Positions 13,925 to 25,956 of a stretch of 64,000 nucleotides of DNA are shown piece after piece. Position 1 is the first letter of the stretch. Each line of letters begins with the position of its first letter. Under the pieces are notes generated by a model. That model was not told where the DNA came from. It searched no databases and saw only the letters and a program-made list of their open reading frames with translations. A program made the position numbers and the translations under genes. Source of the stretch: Prorocentrum cordatum (Eukaryota); the NCBI GenBank assembly GCA_963575745.1, contig CAUYUJ010000330.1, positions 1-64,000 of the forward strand, in the 5' to 3' direction.

Positions 13925-14220
13925 CCTTCTCCTCGTGTTTCCTCGTCCTTCTGTCCTTCTCCTCGTCCGTAGTCTTTCCTCGTGCTCTCCTCGTCCTTCT
14001 GGCCTTCTCCTCGTCCTTAGTCCTTCCTCGTGCTGTCCTCGTCCTTTTGGCCTTCTCCTCGTCCTGAGTCCTTCCTCGTGCTTTCCTCGTCTTTCTGGCC
14101 TTCTCCTCATCCTTAGTTATTCCTCGTGTTTTCCTCGTCCTTTTGGCTTTCTCCTCGTCCTTAGTCCTTCCTCGTGTTTTCCTCGTCCTTCTGGCCTTCT
14201 CCTCGTCCTTCGTCCTTCCT
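13925..14220. repeat. 48-bp tandem repeat (about 6 copies)
   Basis: ggccttctcctcgtccttagtccttcctcgtg.t.tcctcgtcctt.t recurs at 14001, 14049, 14097 and onward. Confidence 0.9.
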
Positions 14221-15272
14221 TCCTTCTCCTCAGTGGCTGGAGGCCCGCGGCTCTCGATGCAGCATGGCCTCCCTAGTAGAGCAGGAGCGCCAGAGGATCC
14301 TCTCCTCCTCCTCCTCCTCCTCCTCCTCCTCCTCCTCCTCCTCCTCCTCCTCCTTCTCCTCCTCCTCCCCCTTTTCCCTCCTCCTCCTCCTTCCTCCTCT
14401 CCTCCTCCTCCTCCTCCTCCTTCCTCCTCCTCCTCCTCCTTTTCCTCCTCCTCCTCCTCCTCCTCCTCCTCCTCCTCCTCCTCCCCCTCCTCGTCTTTCT
14501 TTTTTTCCTGATACCTAAGTCGTCCCTGTCGCACCAGCCCACGTGTCGGTAAGGGGGATGGCCATGCGTTTGGTATGAGACTTTCTCACCATGCATTACC
14601 TCGAAGCTTAAAATTGCAAGTGCTTAAATGGAGGGCCGTTCCTGTTCAAACTGTGGTTCTCGCATCAGCGCCGCGCATATTCGCTTTAAAATGTCCCAAC
14701 AGCTTAAATGATGCAGGGTGGCTTCTTTCATATTATGTTTCTGGCCATGGATCCACGCACATCCGTTTCAAATGTTCACAACCGGTTGAAAGGCGCGTAT
14801 GGTTGAAGTCCTTGGAGTCATGTTTTTTGCACGATTTCTGGTTACCCGGACGCAACAGTTACGTTGCTTCGCAGCGTTGAAGTCCCCGGAGCGGCTTTCA
14901 GGCGCGATTCTGGGGCACTTTCCGCAATGGAAACCATTTATTGTAGATAGAAGTTTGCCATCCTTCGAGCCAGCTATGTGGAACGGAGGAGGGGCCGCAC
15001 AGTTCAAGAAAGTGTCAGCGACAACCGAGGAGAACAGGGCGAGGAGATGGAGGAAAGGGGCAGAAGGAGGAGGAGGAGGAGGAGGAGGAGGCGGAGAGCG
15101 AGGAGGGGGAAGAGGACGGAATGAGAAGGAGGAGGAGGAGGAGGGGGAGGGGGACCTTAAGAGAGGTAAATTGGAGAGAGGTTGCATTGCAACATCGTTG
15201 GTTGTCTTGGGTTTACATTGGTCCTTCTCCTCCTTCACCTCCTCCCCCTCCGCCTCCTCCTCTTGCTGTTCC

Positions 15273-15311
<39 letters not shown>

Positions 15312-15589
15312 GTATCATCAGCAGCATCAAACTAATCAGCATCATCATCAGCAGCAGCAGCATCCTCATCATCATCATCATCACCACCACCATCATCATC
15401 AGCATCAGCATCATCCTGACAGTGACGCTGTGCCTCCTCCTCCTCCTCCTCCTGCTCCTCCTCCCTCTCCTCCTATTGCTCCTCCTCCTGCTCCTCCTCC
15501 GTTTGCTCTTCCTCGTCCTCCTCCTCCTATTCCTCCTCCTCCTTCTCATTATCCTTAGCGCTGAGCGGATTTCAAGGTTATCCTCCCTC

Positions 15590-16385
15590 CTACAGCCCTG
15601 AAGACCACCGCCTGAGGTGTCCACATCATGCAAGGAAAAGGCAGATGAGCTCGACGTCGGTTCCCGCCCGAGGAAACGAGAAGCACTGCACTCGCCCGAA
15701 GGAGCGAGCGACGCAGCCTACATGTGACGCATCCCTGAAAGACGCAGCCTCCGCTGTGGGCGCAACCCCAATAGACGGGGGGGGCGAGAGGAGGGCGAGG
15801 TGCGAAAGGAACAAGAGCACATGGTGCATAAGCGCTGAGCGGCCACTCACTGGTACACGATCTCGGGGCTCTTAGCAGCAGTCTCGCCGTACATGTTGTC
15901 AAAGCCGTCTTCGTCGTCAAAGAGCAGCAGCCAGAAATGCGGCCACCCCAGGCTGGCCTTCCTTGGCAGCGAGGTCGCACAACAGCTGGAAAATTTGGCC
16001 TGTGTGGCCACTGGGTCCCGATTTGGGTACTTGAAAGCGGCCCGTTGAAATGCGAAGCCGGGCGCCTTCTTGGTGCGGGCCCCCATCGGTCCAAGACATG
16101 TCGCCTTGACACGAATGGCCTCCGCGCCCGCTTCGGAGGCCTGGCGGCCAGCAGCCTCGCCGTAGAAGCTTCGGGTGCCTTCGCGTCCATCCAGTGATGG
16201 CCTGGGCTTGAGGCCAATAAGGCGGGCCGCCATGCCTGGAGCGAATGGGCGCTTCTCCTCTGGCTGCTGGGTTGCTGCGGCCGCAACGTGCTGCTGGAGC
16301 CTTTCCTTCTCAACAGCTTGCTCGTCCACGGCGCGCGGCTCCCTCTCCGCCGCCGCCGGGCACGAACCAGCCCCCTTGCTCTCGC
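15590..16385 (-). pseudogene. Decayed retroposed fragment with an SH3-like motif and a LINE-type 3' end
   Basis: FAPGMAARLIGLKPRPSLDGREG...GR...IRVKATCL matches the GxxVxLxGL..P.LNG..G...GR..VK..NL pattern common in dinoflagellate proteins. Its 3' 45 nt match the LINE 3' end at 32720-32765. Confidence 0.45.
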
Positions 16386-17354
16386 CTGGCGCCTCCTCCT
16401 CCTCCTCCTCCTCCTCCTCCTCCTCCTCCTCCTCCTCCTCCTCCTCCTCCTCCCCCTCCTTTTCCTCCTCCTCCTCCCTCCTCCTCCTCCCCCTCCCTCC
16501 TCCTCCTCCTCCTCCTCCTCCTTCTCCTCCTCCTCCTCCTCCTCTTCTCCTCCTCCTCCCCCTCCTCCTCCTCCTCCTCCTCCTCCTTTTCGACCTCCTC
16601 CTCCTCCTCCTCCTCCTCCTCCTCCTGCTCCTGCTCCTCCTCCTCCTCAGCCGCCGAGCCCTTGCGGCTGAGCCTGGCGCCCCCCCCGCCCTCGGCGCGG
16701 CGGCCGCGCCGCCGCGAGGGCGCCATCGCGGGTGCCGCCCGCGCGGCTCAGCTTGCTGTGAGGTACTTCGCAAGGGCATCCTCACGGCGGGCCACATGAC
16801 ATGGCAGAACAACACGGTCAAGGCGGTCATCTCGTCGGCGCTGGAGACTGTTGCAGCGCACGGGCCCACCTCCCGAGCCCCCGCCTGGGGCATGGCGTTC
16901 ACCGGCGCCCGAGGAGGTGGGGACAAGGCCGAAGCCGACGGAGGCGCCCAAGCCCAAGGGGCGCGCGCGGCCGACGGTCAAGCCCCCACGGGCTCCGGAG
17001 CTCTTCTTTGCCATAGAGGATGGCTTCGAGTCGCCGGTGGTGAGGCGCAGCTGGTGGACCAGCCCGCGCCAGGGTCCGCCGTCGTCGGGCGCGGCCTCAT
17101 CCGCTGGCGCGTCGGCGCGGGAGATCTTCCTTCGTGCGCTGGAGGCCAGCAAGGAGGCAAAGAGACCGTCTACGCTCCTTGGCGCGGCGCCCCAAGTGGT
17201 CGCCTTGCTGGAGGGCCCTATGCTGGCCGCGCGGCCTGGCGGGCTCCGCACCCAAAGGCGACGGCTGCCGTCGGGCTTCTTCGCCTGAGGCAGAGGCCGC
17301 CATCGCCCTGTTGCGGGGCTGGCCGACGGGCGGCGGCGGTGCCAAGCCCCGGGA

Positions 17355-20300
17355 GGAGGAGGAGGAGGAGGAGGAGGAGGAGGAAGACGAGGGGCAAGAG
17401 GAAAAACACACCGAACAGACGCTGACCAGAAGGAGGGAGGGAAGCAGCAGAGGCAGTGCAGAGCAAGCAGGGGGCGGACGGAGGTGGTCGTCGTCGTGGC
17501 CAAGGCCAGGGGGGGTCGTCGGGGCAGGGCGTCGGAGGCGGTGGTCGTGGTCAGTGGAGGGAGTGGTCGTGTTCAGGGGAGGGCGGCGGTTCAGGCGGCG
17601 TCGGCCGCGCTAGCCGCCGTGGCCGCCGCCAGCCTGGCCGCGGGCGCCCCGACCGGCGCCTGCAGCCTGCGGAGCACGGCCCGCGCATTCTCCTTCTGGA
17701 GGAGATGCGAGAGTCGCTGGGCGTGCTCCGCCGCCACCTGCGAGGGGTCGTCCCCCGTGGCGTCCGCCGCGCGCTTGGCCAGGACGGCCAGGGCGCGTCG
17801 CGCCTCCCTGCCCCAGCCGCCGCCGTGCGCCTCGACCACCATGGGAATGAAGGTGATCCCGGCGGCGGCGCAGCTGCGCTCGGTGTCGAGGAAGAGGCGT
17901 TTTTGCTCCTCGTACCGCTCGGCCGCGGCGCCGGGCGCGGCAGCCGAGGCGGCGAGCAAGTCGCCCCGCAGCCCCGAAGTGACCGCGAAGTCAAGGGCGG
18001 CCGGGGCGCCGTTACGCCAACGGGGAATATACACATCCGCCGGGCGCCGGCCGCCGTCGTCGAGCTCGCCGCCGTTCTCCTCCGTCCCCGGCGGGCCCTC
18101 GCCCCTCGCGCGAGGCTGCAGCAGGCCGGGCCGCTCGAGCTCGGAGCCCGGGAACCCCGCGGCCTGCGCGGCGAAGAAGGCCTGGTCTCGTAGGGCGTTG
18201 TGCCGCTTGACCCGGTCCCCTCGGCAAGGGCAGACCAGCGCGTGGTCGCCGTAGACGTCGAGGATGCCGTCGCAGGCCGGGCAGAAGGTCTCGGCGTCCG
18301 CCAGCTGCACCCGCAGGCGCCTCTGCAGAGCGATCTGCATCAAGCTGTGCGGGAACTCCGTGCCGACCTCAGCGCAGGGCCGCGCCTGCAGCCAGCCGCT
18401 GGCGCCGGGAGCGCTAACCAGCGAGAGGTGGGCCCTGGTGGCGGGGCAAGCGCGCTCCCAGAGTTCGGCCTTGGCGGCCTTGTCCAGCCTGTCAGAGAGC
18501 CCCCGCTGGTCACCGTGCTGGCTGGCGTCGAAGGCAATCCTGTCTGCCTGTGGTAGCCGGGCGTTGTAGGCCGCCGCGGCAGCGCCCAGGGCGTCGTCGG
18601 CGCCAGTGTCGTCGTTGGAGTAGCCCGCCCAGAGCTGCTGGCAGAGCGCAGAGCAGGCCGCGCGGGAGGCCAGGTAGGCGGCGGGCGCGTGGCGCTCCGC
18701 TGAGCGCAGCCCCAGGCCGCCTGCCTTGAGGGCGAGCTGCGCCTGCGCCCAGGAGTCGTCCGTGGGGGAGCTGCTGCTCAGCTGCTCGAGGCTGGCGCGC
18801 ACTGCGTTGTCAAGCGCGACGAGCGCTTCCGTGTGCACGTTGGGCGGGACAACCCGCGCCGAGTAGCTGAGTCTGCAGAAGCCGGCGCATTGCCGCAGCA
18901 GGTGGAGCGCAACCTGGGCGTGCTCGAGGGCGCCGAGTGCCTCGAGGAGCTCGGTGGCCTTGCCGACTCGCTGCCGCGTGTGATCGAGGCAGAAGGCGTC
19001 GCTGCCGACTGGCGCACCCAGGAGTTCGAAGCAGCCGTCCGTGCGCAGGCGGAAGCCCGGGGGGAAATCCTGCAGATTCACTTCGCTGTCGTCGCCGCCA
19101 GTGGGGACCACCTCGCATTTCCCGGGCCCCGTGCTTAAGCGGAGTCCCACGGCCGCCAACTCTCCCACCAGCAGGTGGAGCAGGCGCGCCACCGCCTGCC
19201 AGTCGCCCGCCAGGGCGCCGTCGTCGAGAAAAAAGAAAGTCAGGTCCAGGGCGCCCGCGGCCGCGGGGGCGGGCTGGCGGAGGGCCCTCTCAGCAGCGCG
19301 CTGCAGCGCCAAGGAGAAGAGCAGCGGCCCCAGTGGGTCTCCCTGCTGCACGCCGCATTCCGAGCAGATCGAGTGCCGGCCGAGCCAGAGCAGGGAGGGG
19401 GCCCGGTAGCACCAGGAAGCCCAGGGCGCTAGCGCGGGCAGCTCCTCGTGCACTGCCTGCAGGAGGGCTTGGCGGTCGAGGGCGTTGAAAGCGTTGCTCA
19501 GGTCTAGCTTAACGAACACCTTCTGCCTGCTGCCAGCGTGGCGTGCGAACCACTGTCGGGACACGTGAACCGCGGCCTCGCAGCCGCCCGGGAGGGCGAC
19601 GCCAACCTGCAGGGGGGCGAGGCGGTCGCGGGCGGCGTCAGACACCTGGCTGCAGAGGCACTTCGCCACCAGGCGCCGCACGGTTTCCCCCACCGCCACT
19701 GGTCGAAGGCCGCCGTCCTTCTTGGGCAGGGCCACCAGCGAGGCGCCAGCCAGGTACTTCGCCACGCCGGGGGGGGCTAGACCCTTCGCGAGGAGGTTGG
19801 CGAGGCTGAGCAGCTGCTGCAGCACCTCGTCGCGGTGGGCCGCCGTCTGCAGCGCGTCCTTGAGGTGTTGTGGCCGCAGGCCAGAGGGGCCTGGAGCGGA
19901 GCCCCGAGGGAAGGCCCGCACCTCGCGCTCGAGCGTGGCGGCGTCTAGCTGCGGCGCCGCCGCTGCGCTGACAGCGGGGAGGCTGGCGGCGTCCACTGGT
20001 CGCTGGCTGCGCGGGTGCTTCAGACGCATCTGCTCCAGCACTGCTGCGGTGACCTCCGCTGGAGGCTCGCTGGTGAGCGCCGAGCAGCTCTTGGAGTACT
20101 GCGCGTCCGCCGAAAGTTCCAGGCAGCGCTGCGCTCTCTGGGCTGCGCGGGAGGGTTTTGCAGTGGCTCGTCGGTCCGCGGTCTCTTCCCAAAGCGAAGC
20201 GCGCTCTCCCTCCAGCCAGCGCTGGCAGAGGTTCTTGGTCAGAGCTTCCGCCGCGCCCCTGCTGCCGCGGCCTCCTCGCGTGTGCGGGCGGAGGACGCAC

Positions 20301-20386
20301 TTGGGCAGCATGGCAAACTGCAGCCACGCCTCCTCGGTGTTCTGGTGCACGGCGAGTGCCGCCGCCTGCGCCAAGCAGCGAGGCAA
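17355..20386 (-). mobile_element. 5'-truncated CRE/SLACS-like non-LTR retrotransposon (RT plus restriction-like endonuclease) in intron 1 of the host gene
   Basis: ORF 17591-20386 followed by a 3' UTR of about 200 nt that ends in (CCT)n on the element strand. Confidence 0.9.
17591..20386 (-). CDS. Reverse transcriptase, CCHC knuckle and PD-(D/E)xK endonuclease
   Basis: GSAPGPSGLR, KKDGGLRPVAVG, KLDLSNAFN, GVQQGDPLGPLLF, FFLDDG, GGLG, CPACD..DHALVC..RHNALRD, RPADV..ALDFAVTS..YEEQK, FIPMVVEAHGGGWG. Confidence 0.95.
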   Translation of the reverse strand: MPRCLAQAAALAVHQNTEEAWLQFAMLPKCVLRPHTRGGRGSRGAAEALTKNLCQRWLEGERASLWEETADRRATAKPSRAAQRAQRCLELSADAQYSKSCSALTSEPPAEVTAAVLEQMRLKHPRSQRPVDAASLPAVSAAAAPQLDAATLEREVRAFPRGSAPGPSGLRPQHLKDALQTAAHRDEVLQQLLSLANLLAKGLAPPGVAKYLAGASLVALPKKDGGLRPVAVGETVRRLVAKCLCSQVSDAARDRLAPLQVGVALPGGCEAAVHVSRQWFARHAGSRQKVFVKLDLSNAFNALDRQALLQAVHEELPALAPWASWCYRAPSLLWLGRHSICSECGVQQGDPLGPLLFSLALQRAAERALRQPAPAAAGALDLTFFFLDDGALAGDWQAVARLLHLLVGELAAVGLRLSTGPGKCEVVPTGGDDSEVNLQDFPPGFRLRTDGCFELLGAPVGSDAFCLDHTRQRVGKATELLEALGALEHAQVALHLLRQCAGFCRLSYSARVVPPNVHTEALVALDNAVRASLEQLSSSSPTDDSWAQAQLALKAGGLGLRSAERHAPAAYLASRAACSALCQQLWAGYSNDDTGADDALGAAAAAYNARLPQADRIAFDASQHGDQRGLSDRLDKAAKAELWERACPATRAHLSLVSAPGASGWLQARPCAEVGTEFPHSLMQIALQRRLRVQLADAETFCPACDGILDVYGDHALVCPCRGDRVKRHNALRDQAFFAAQAAGFPGSELERPGLLQPRARGEGPPGTEENGGELDDGGRRPADVYIPRWRNGAPAALDFAVTSGLRGDLLAASAAAPGAAAERYEEQKRLFLDTERSCAAAGITFIPMVVEAHGGGWGREARRALAVLAKRAADATGDDPSQVAAEHAQRLSHLLQKENARAVLRRLQAPVGAPAARLAAATAASAADAA

Positions 20387-20387
20387 A

Positions 20388-21475
20388 GAAGCAGGAGGAG
20401 CAGCAGGAGCTGGAGGACCGCATGGAGCTGAAGCGGCAGCGCGAGCTCAAGCGCGAGGAGAAGGTGAAGCAGAAGAAGAAGAAGGAGAAAAAGGACAAGA
20501 AGGCCAGGGACATGAGCTTGGCGAGGGCACCGTGGCGACGCAGCCCGCCCTCCAGGGTGGTTCTAGTCGCGGCCTACGACATGGACTTAGACGATACCGA
20601 GCCCGAGTGGTGCTCAGATGCGCTAGGCGGCTGGTGGCACGAGACAGGCCTCTGCAAGAGCGCGTTCGACGAAACGTTGGGCGCTCCTGGAAGTGGTCTC
20701 AGTTTCGATGCATGTGATGGTGATGAAGTTGCAGCTGGCAGTGTTGGGCAAGAGGCCCCACTCGACGGCGACGACGGCATTTTCGACCTCTTCGGCAACG
20801 CGTTCGGCGGCGACGAGGAGCTCAGGCTCATGAACAGTGAGTCCCTTCCTGCAAGCGCTGGTGGTGGAGGTTCAGAGCCTGAGTGCGGAGCGGACCCCTA
20901 CGTCGGCAAGTTCTCCGAGCTTGGGAGCCCGCAGCCTGCGGGCGGGCTCGGCATCGGCAACGAGGGCTCCGTGAGCGGCCTAAGAGGCCGTCTTATAGAG
21001 GAGTCCGACCCGTGCAAGAGCGACGCGCGGTCCGACGCCTTCGTGAAGCTGAGGGCGCTGAACGAGCAGATCTTCATGAAGGAGCAGATGGCACGTGAGC
21101 ATCGCGTAGCAGCAGCTCGCCTTCAGACGGACACTCGATTGTCCAGATCGTCCACGGGAAGAGCACGGATCCCGAGGATAGCAAGAAGATCGAGGAGAGC
21201 AACCCGTTCGAGGAGCAGGCCAATGGCATCGACCTCGAGGCGGAGTACATCCCCAAGAAGCGTGCCCGTGACCGTGGCAGTGGAGCCCCCAAGCAGGGCA
21301 AGGGCAAGGGCAGGTCTTCGGGGCAGCCAGGGGCGCCACGGTATGCCGACGTCGTCAAGGGCGACTTGGTGGTGTGCCAGGTGAAGGGCGCCCTCGAGGA
21401 GAAGGGCATCAAGCTCTGCGAGCGCGGGGACTTCCTCGTTCGTGCTGCAGCTCATCTTCGAGGCGCAGTTTGAGG
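20388..21475 (+). pseudogene. Coding-like intronless fragment with a frameshift, product unknown
   Basis: Lys/Glu-rich coiled coil (KKQEEQQELEDRMELKRQRELKREEK) followed by a long coding-biased stretch with a frame change near 21145; abuts the CRE 5' truncation point. Confidence 0.35.
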
Positions 21476-22351
21476 AGGTCTCCCTCGTGGGTCCGCCGTC
21501 TGAGGGCGGCGGGATTGAGGGCAGCCACGGTGCAGTGGGCCTCCTTACTGCGCCTTCCACGCCCCCACCAGGTGTTGCCTACCTCGCCTCGCTCGGGGGC
21601 TGAACAGGCTGCCGCGCGCCCCGACGCGGGGCCGACGGCGACTGGCTTTAGGCCGCTCACTCACTCACTCACCCTCCTCAGCCGCCATCTCGGGCTTCAG
21701 GTCAAGGCGCTCCGATCTCGCCAGGCTCGCGGTCAGCGCCGCAGCGAGACGCCCCCCCAGACGTACTGGAAGGCTTCTCACGATGACCTGGACGCGAGAC
21801 TTGCCTCTGGAGTTCTGGTGCCCGTGATCCACGACATTGACGTGGTCGGTGTCGATGTGCACCGACTGGAGCAAGCTGGTGAGGAGGCCGCTCCGCACAG
21901 TCGGCGCCCAGACGGGGAGCAGGCACACGTGCACGACGAGTTTGTCCGCGAAAGTGCACAGCTCGACAGCGCCCTGCCGGCCACAGTCCGGCGCACGAAT
22001 GGCCCACGGGAGCCTGGCGGCCGAGGCCGGTTGCTTCGCGGGGAGGCAAGGTGGGGAGGCAAAGCGGCCCGCAAGTGCAAGCAACTGGCCCCGCCTCGGG
22101 CAAACGTCTGAGCCCCAGGGGCTTCCTCCCCCTCCTCCTCCTCCTCCTCCTCCTCATCATCATCATCATCTTGCCCCTCTTCATCCTCGTCCTCCTCCTC
22201 CTCTTGCTCCTCTTCTTCCTCCTCGTCGTCCTCCTCCTCTCGCCCGTTATCCTGTTCGTTGTTCTCCTCCAGTCCCTCCTCCTCCTCCTCCTCCTCCTCC
22301 TCCTCCTCCTCCTCCTCCTCCTCACCACCATCATCCACCCGAATGGCGGAG

Positions 22352-22445
22352 GCGCATGGCCTCGGACTTCCGCTTCGTGGCCCCCGTGGTGCCAGCCTTG
22401 GGCGACGGCCTCACGGGCGACCAGCTGACCACGGCCTTGGGCCAG
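22352..22445 (+). CDS. Host gene exon B
   Basis: RMASDFRFVAPVVPALGDGLTGDQLTTALGQ; donor CAG|gtggcc in phase 0. Confidence 0.75.
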
Positions 22446-23167
22446 GTGGCCCCAGAGGGAAGGGAGGAGGAGGAGGAGGAGGAGGAGGAGGAGGAGGAGG
22501 AGGAGGAGGAGAAGAAGGCTCGAAACATGCCACAGAGAGGTGGGATGTGGGGCTCCGGTCGCGATTTCTCGCGATGTGTAACGATTGATCTCACGGGGGG
22601 AGGAAGGGAGGGAAAGGGAAAGGGAAAGGGAAAGGGAAAGGGGGAGGGAGGGAGGAGGAGGGGCAGTAGGAGGGAAAGAAGTAGGGAGGAAGGGAGGAGG
22701 AGGAGGAGGAAAGAGGGAGGGAGGAAGGAGGGGCAGTAGGAGGGAAAGACGGAGAGGGGGAGGGAGGGAAAGATGGAGGGAGGGAGGATCAGCAGGAGGA
22801 TGAGGAGAAGGAGGAGGAGGAGGAGGAGGAGAAGGGGCAGTAGGAGAAGAATGACGGGGATCAGCGGCAGCAGAATGGGCGAAGACGGAGGCGAGGGAGG
22901 TGAAGGAGTAGAGTAGGAGGAGCAGCAGCAGCAGCAGGAGGATCCTCCTCCTTCTTGTCCCCCTCCTCCTCCTCCTCCTCCTCCTCCTCCTCCTCCGCCT
23001 CCTCCTCCTCATCCTCCTCCTCCTCCTCTTCCTCCTCCTCCTCCTCCTCTGGGGGACGGCGACGGGAACGAGATTTAAAGCGAGAACGAGAACGAGGGAA
23101 AAGAAAAAACAGCAGTGGGAGGAGAAGGTGGAGGAGGAGGAGGAGGAGGATCGCGGCCCTGGGCTAG

Positions 23168-23250
23168 TTCAGCATACTCGACGCCGTGCCTGACCTCAAT
23201 CCGCAGCAGTACGACTTCCGCACCGACCCTTTCGAGCCGAACCGAGTTTG
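23168..23250 (+). CDS. Host gene exon C
   Basis: tag|FSILDAVPDLNPQQYDFRTDPFEPNRVW; donor TG|gttctg in phase 2. Confidence 0.85.
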
Positions 23251-25799
23251 GTTCTGGGAGACGCTCGTGACGCACACCACTCACGCCCCCTCACCCCTCC
23301 TTACTCTCAACCTCCTCCCCGCCTCCTCCTCCTCATCCTTCTCCTCCTGCGGTGTCCTACTCTTCCTTCACCGTTCTTCCTCTCTTCTCATCCGTCATAT
23401 TCCTTCCTCCTCCTCCTCCTCCTCCTACTCCTCCTCCTCCTCATCATCATCATCATGCTCCTCCTCGCAGGAAAATGGAATCCGCCAAGGGGAAAAGGAA
23501 AAGGGCGATGAGGACGCGGGAAAGAGCCCCTGCACTCACAAAGACGACGATGATATTTATTTCCAGATTAGTTTGGGTGATTCTCCTGCGGGGTCCTACC
23601 GTCGGAATTATTTCCGTCACGTCAGGCGTCACAGGATAGTATCCTCTGTCGGGGAGTCTCTGGGTTTGGGGGGTCGATCGCTGGGCCAGGTGCTTGTGTG
23701 ACGGACCCTTGGGGGGTGCGCTGATGACGTGCGCGACGTTGTTTCGGACAGCTCTACCTTTTCCTCTTCACGCCACCTTTCGACAAGCTGAGGCGCTAGC
23801 GGCGCTTCAGCTACAGCCTGCGAAGTGCAGGTCCGTTCCCCAGTGGGCGCCGTGGGACGAGCAAACGCGCGCCCGGGCTCGGGCTGCGCTCGCCCGCCAT
23901 GCGCCAGGATGGCAGAGGCTCAGGATCGAAGGAGCGACAAAAAAGGTTCAGGGGTCGGGAGCGATGATTGGCACGCACGCGGTCTTCGCCATCCAGTGGA
24001 CGGGCCCTGGGCAAAACTGGTGGTCGCGATGACCGGAGGTTGTTTTGTCCAAGACCCCAGCGGAGGCTTCAGTTCGATCTTATAGATTGGGAATATGGTT
24101 CGTCTCTCGTGCATTCCCCAGATTTCCCCCCCTGACCTTCGACCCCTTGCCCGAGAAGGTCATGCACTGCATGCATTGTTCAAGATCCCGCATAATTCGC
24201 TTCGTGCTGCTGAGTTGCTCGGAGCTGGTGGGTGGATGCCCTCAGCTGTGTTGCCTCTCGACCTCACGCGTTTGGCCAACGCATGGCGTGCTAGTCTGTT
24301 CACGTTTGGGAGATGACGGGCCTGGGGGGAGAGGCTTCGGACGGCTTCGGACGGTTGCGCACAACCACGGATACATTGACGATGTTGCTTGTCAGGAATG
24401 GTCACCGCGATTCTGGAAGCGGCGTCAAGCTATTTCATTCGATCCCCCGGCCGCCGGAGGTAGGATCCCGAGGACGGCCATCCAGCTGGTCACTGCTGCA
24501 GCGACTTCCCCGCGGAGCAGAACACGGGTGAACCGAGCCCCCAAACCATCTTCCTCCACTCTTTTTGCCCCTCTTGCTGCCCTGATGCTATTCCCGATTT
24601 TATTGTTCGAAGATTCAGACAGTGGTCCCCACGGCGTGCCGAAGTTGGGCGCCCTGAAACAGAACAGCGATGGGGTAGGCTCAGAGACACCCTCCAGCAC
24701 CTTGCCCGCTCCCGAATTTGGCAGCATTTCAAGGCAATCGCTGGAGGCTGGATCACTTCTGCTCGCGTAGGGATCCTCACACCTAAGTTTTGCAGGTCTG
24801 GGTGCTCGGACGATTGTCTTGGCATCGACGTTCGGGATCCATCTTCCATAGAACACTACCTTGACTGCCCTCGCCTTGCGCACCTCCTCGCCATCCCCCG
24901 TGTTATCATTCCCAGCGATCCCACCATGCGACTGGACATCGGCTCCGACTCAGCACATAATGCAGCGAGGGAGTATGACTCCGTCAGCCTCGCTCGCGCG
25001 AATCAACCGGGATCGCCATCCATATGCAGCACAGATTCCGATTCGGGCTCCAGCAGGCTCCCACCCGAGCAGGTAACAACAGTGCTACTCTGCGTACTCG
25101 CCACGCCGCGCCAGTCGCGAGCGTTGGACAGGCCAGTGCTCGTGCCGGGGCTACTGCTGCACCTCCTCGCACACGCAGGCCTGGCCCTTCCGCTCGGCCC
25201 GCCGCTGCCTCGGCTCCTCCCTTCGGGGCAGGCGGCAGGCTGAGCGTCTCTTCCCATCACTCTCATTCATGACCATTTTTGCTCTGGCTCTTCCCCCTGT
25301 GGCAACGTGCGCTCCTCCTCCTCCTCCTCCTCCTCCTCCTCCTCCTCCTCCTCCTCCTCCTCCTCCCCCTCCTCCTCCTCCTCCTCCTCTCCTCCTCCTC
25401 CTCCTCCACCTCTTCCTCCTCCTCCTCCTCCTCCTCCTCCTCCTCCTCCTCCTCCTCCTGATCCTCCTCCTCCTCCTCCTGCCATACTCCTCCTCCTCCT
25501 CCTCCTCCTCCTCCTCCTCCTCCTCCTCTCCTCCTTCTCCTCCTCCGCCTCCTTCTCCTCCTCCTCCTCCTCCTCTCCTCCCTCCTCCTACGCCTCCTAC
25601 GCTCCGCCTCCTCTCTCTACTCCTCTCCGCCTCTCCTACTCCTCTTTCTTCCTCCGCCTCCTCCTCCTCCTGTCTCCCTCCTCTCTCCGTCCCTCCCTCC
25701 CCTCTCCACCCCTTCCCTGACTCCGTGTGCTGCTCCTCGTTGCCAGCATGCATCCTTCCTCCCTCTTCCTCTCTCCACCTCCTCGTTTCTGTCCCACAG

Positions 25800-25956
25800 G
25801 TTCACGTCGCGGGGGCGCGGAACCATGACGGGGACGCTCGCCGGGGGCCTGCCAGCCACCCGGAGGAGCTTCGAGTCTCCTCCGCAGACGAGCTCCTTGA
25901 CATTCAATGCGGCGGGAGAGGTGACGAAGATGACGATCGGTTACGTCATGGACAAG
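25800..25956 (+). CDS. Host gene exon D
   Basis: Polypyrimidine-cacag|G FTSRGRGTMTGTLAGGLPATRRSFESPPQTSSLTFNAAGEVTKMTIGYVMDK; GA donor AAG|gaccgg. Confidence 0.85.

Noticed and set aside
14860..14900. GDFNA (APE-like motif) on the minus strand
   Set aside because: It derives from the dispersed gggacttcaac..cgcgaa repeat next to the 75-bp satellite, and no other APE motifs are present.
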